Below, piece by piece: positions 61,294-64,000 of a stretch of 64,000 bases of DNA. This DNA is from Bugula neritina (Eukaryota > Animalia > Bryozoa), in the NCBI GenBank assembly GCA_964035545.1, contig OZ037765.1, positions 29,697,504 through 29,761,503 of the forward strand, in the 5' to 3' direction. Every line of letters begins with the position of its first letter. The stretch's first letter is position 1. A model generated the notes under the pieces. That model ran no database searches and was not told the origin of the DNA. It worked only from the letters and a program-made list of their open reading frames with translations. Both the position numbers and the translations under genes were made by a program.

Positions 61294-63944
61294 TTATATA
61301 TCTGTGGTTGTTGAGGGTGGGTTGCTACCACCCCTGAGCTTATATTTTCTCCACACTATTATCTGTATTACTCCGATAATTACTGGGGCAAAGCAAGAAA
61401 AGTTGAAAATGGTGTCTTTCAGCATAAGAGTTTGAGCAGCTGTAGCTGTCCCATCTTTGACCGCATCATATCCATATTTATTGAGGATTCCAGCAACAAC
61501 CATCGGCGCCAAAGACAGCGCTGGCTTGACGACCACAGCGTTAGATCCATACACCATGCTTGCTATGGGTTTTCTACGAAGGGAATGCTTCACACTTAGT
61601 GGTAGCACATGATACACACAAACAATTCTAACTCAACATTACATGAGATTTCAGCTCTAGAACTTAACATTGTCGCCAAAAGACTATTAAAACAGGCGCA
61701 GATGAGATGTGAACTTTATTAAATGGTCATAAATTTGAATAAAAAATTAAAATAATATTGCGTTTATGTTTATTATAAATTACATTACAAACAAACTGCT
61801 GCATGTGTAAACTGAGGATATCTTGGAATTTTCAGTTGACAAATTTAAGTATTTTAGATTTTTCTTTCGCCATCATTTAAAAAAGGACAATCAAAGTTGG
61901 CAATGAAGCAATATGAATTGTAATATTTATTGAAATGACAACATGATATTGTATTATAGTAAATTAAAACTTACTTCCGGCCATTAATAGCCATGTCTTC
62001 ATCAGCAATGTCAGCCAAATTTATAATAAAGAATGAAAAAGCCCCATCGGAAAGAGTGCTGTTAAAAAACACCACAATGACTAGTTTATATAATATTTAC
62101 ACTGTTCATTATAGTACAAATTGTGAAGGTTAGTAAATGATGAATGACAATTAATAGTTTAAATCTCTTGGTACATCCTCAGTACATTTGAGCAATAACT
62201 TTTTATATCCCAAGGAAAATTTACAACTGGACTGTTGGCTATAATTATGAACAGATGTGAGGAGCAAGACAGTAAGTACTCATAAAATAAAGTCCATAAA
62301 AGTAAACTAATATGATTGGCTCATTGCTTAGCAGCTAAAGTTACTAAAGTTAGTTTTCATGTAAAACAAGCTAAAGCTAGTTGTATCAACAGTAGAGTAA
62401 TAGAAGACAACTTACAAATCAGCAATAAGAAATATCATGTACCATACAGTCTGTCCAGCACCAGAAAAGTACATAACCAGTCCTAGGACTATTTTCAAGT
62501 AGAATGTAGCCATTTCCATTTTATACAGACTTATTAGATGAACGAATGGAGAGACTGCAACTACTGCAACCTAAACGGAAAATACGAAACCATATATATT
62601 ATTTATTACATATATGCAATAATAACTGAGAAGTAAAGCTCATTTTAGCAGAATGCCTAAGGCCCTTGATTGAATTTAGTCAAAGAGTAATATCATGATG
62701 TATGGGTTTGGAGCCAACTTTATCCTAATAAATTACAATAATGCCTCATAGAAAAAACACCAGTTAGCTGAAAAATATAGTGGGATAAAAAAATACTTTT
62801 AAAAGTTAGTATCATAGTTACTGTGATCACCGAAGTGCTTGAGAACCAAACAGCTTAGCTATTCTATGACACATTTTAAATTTTTACTGTTGAAATAATG
62901 ATTAAGTTTCAGCTGTACTCTTATAATATATGTGAGAATTTGTCGCTGAAAGTAAATAACAAAAACACTGTAATGTGTACTGGACTAAAGCATGCCTACA
63001 GTGCATCAACATGATACATAGGCACTTTATAAGCCATATAATGAGAATAGTTATAACTACTAAAATAGATAAGATGGAGAAGCACCAACCTGTGTTATGA
63101 CCATGAGAGCCCCCAGCAAAACGCTTCTAGACCCGGTTGACAGTTCGTCAGCAGGAATTAACTGCTCGGTAAATATTTTGGCAAAACTCATAATGTAGGT
63201 TATGTGAAGCTCTTGCAAGAAGTTCATGGCAACAAAACACAGAAAGTTTTTATTTCTGAAAATATCTTTAGTAAGAGCCCAATATGATCCTGCAGGAACA
63301 GATTGGTTTTCGGACATGTCATAGCGGGTGTTAGCGTACTTACCGGTAATAACAAAAAATATGAGCGATATTCCTCCAAGAATTAAACATATGCCTTGGA
63401 AAATATAATAATTTGTAAGACCATCAGAGAAGTAATCTGTAACAAACACCGAGCTAGTTCCTATTATTCCAGCTATGCCCATGTACTTAACCATCATTAA
63501 CCTTTCGGAGTCGCTTTCTCCATATTCAGTCATGAGTGCGCAATGAGCCAAGAGACAGAATGTGAAGAACGTATCAAATAGGCACAATGCACAAAGTCCT
63601 TGAATAAAACAAATAAATCCATTACTTCCGCCAACATAGTCTGCCCAAGGAAACCAGGGTATTAGAAATGATATCGCCCATGGCACAGCACCGTATAAGA
63701 TACATTTACGCCTTACAGAAATCCATCCATCAACTGCTGTATCTTGTAAATAACCAAACCATGGGTCATTTACAGCATTCCATATAGCAAATATAAATTG
63801 AGATAACTGAAACCATGTCTGGTTCATATGATATTTGTCAAGGAAAATTTTCACATAGTAAAAATTGAAAACTGTAGATATAATTCTACTCCCTAAGGTC
63901 GTAGATGAGTATATCAATGCTTTTTTGCTAAATCTCTCAACCAT
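61294..63944 (-). CDS. MFSD13A: MFS transporter, MFSD13A/TMEM180-like
   Basis: Exons (minus) 63944-63090, 62570-62416, 62058-61975, 61573-61294 with GT-AG junctions. Motifs FNFYYVKIFL, WNAVNDPWFGYLQD, RRKCILYGAVPW, SMVYGSNAVVVKPALSLAPM, and multiple hydrophobic helices. Confidence 0.85.
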
Positions 63945-64000
63945 CTTGTAGCAAGTTGGAGTCTGTCAATTCTAAAAAAAAAATTATGCGTAAAATTCAA

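Overview
AT-rich, intron-rich eukaryotic DNA from an invertebrate metazoan; the species cannot be determined from the sequence. Six protein-coding genes were reconstructed from GT-AG junctions: the 5' part of an Sp1-4-type transcription factor (-), MORN4 (-), a GPI-anchored folate-receptor/riboflavin-binding family protein (+, head-to-head with MORN4), a complete CAD with 40 coding exons (+), a protein 4.1/coracle FERM gene (+) and an MFSD13A/TMEM180-like transporter (-). Mobile DNA includes a decayed Academ-type transposase, a 3.2-kb foldback element with ~0.89-kb arms carrying a young PIF/Harbinger-type MITE, a Kolobok-type element, two Tc1/mariner-type MITEs, a palindromic MITE and tRNA-derived SINE heads. 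The most unusual signal is a set of 300-600 bp degenerate tracts in which AGT/ACT recurs every 6 bp. They lie shortly downstream of every inferred transcription start in the window and were not seen elsewhere. One orphan tract predicts an unannotated transcript divergent from the Sp gene. Two CAD introns carry tandemly duplicated 5' splice sites. All coordinates and identities were read by eye.
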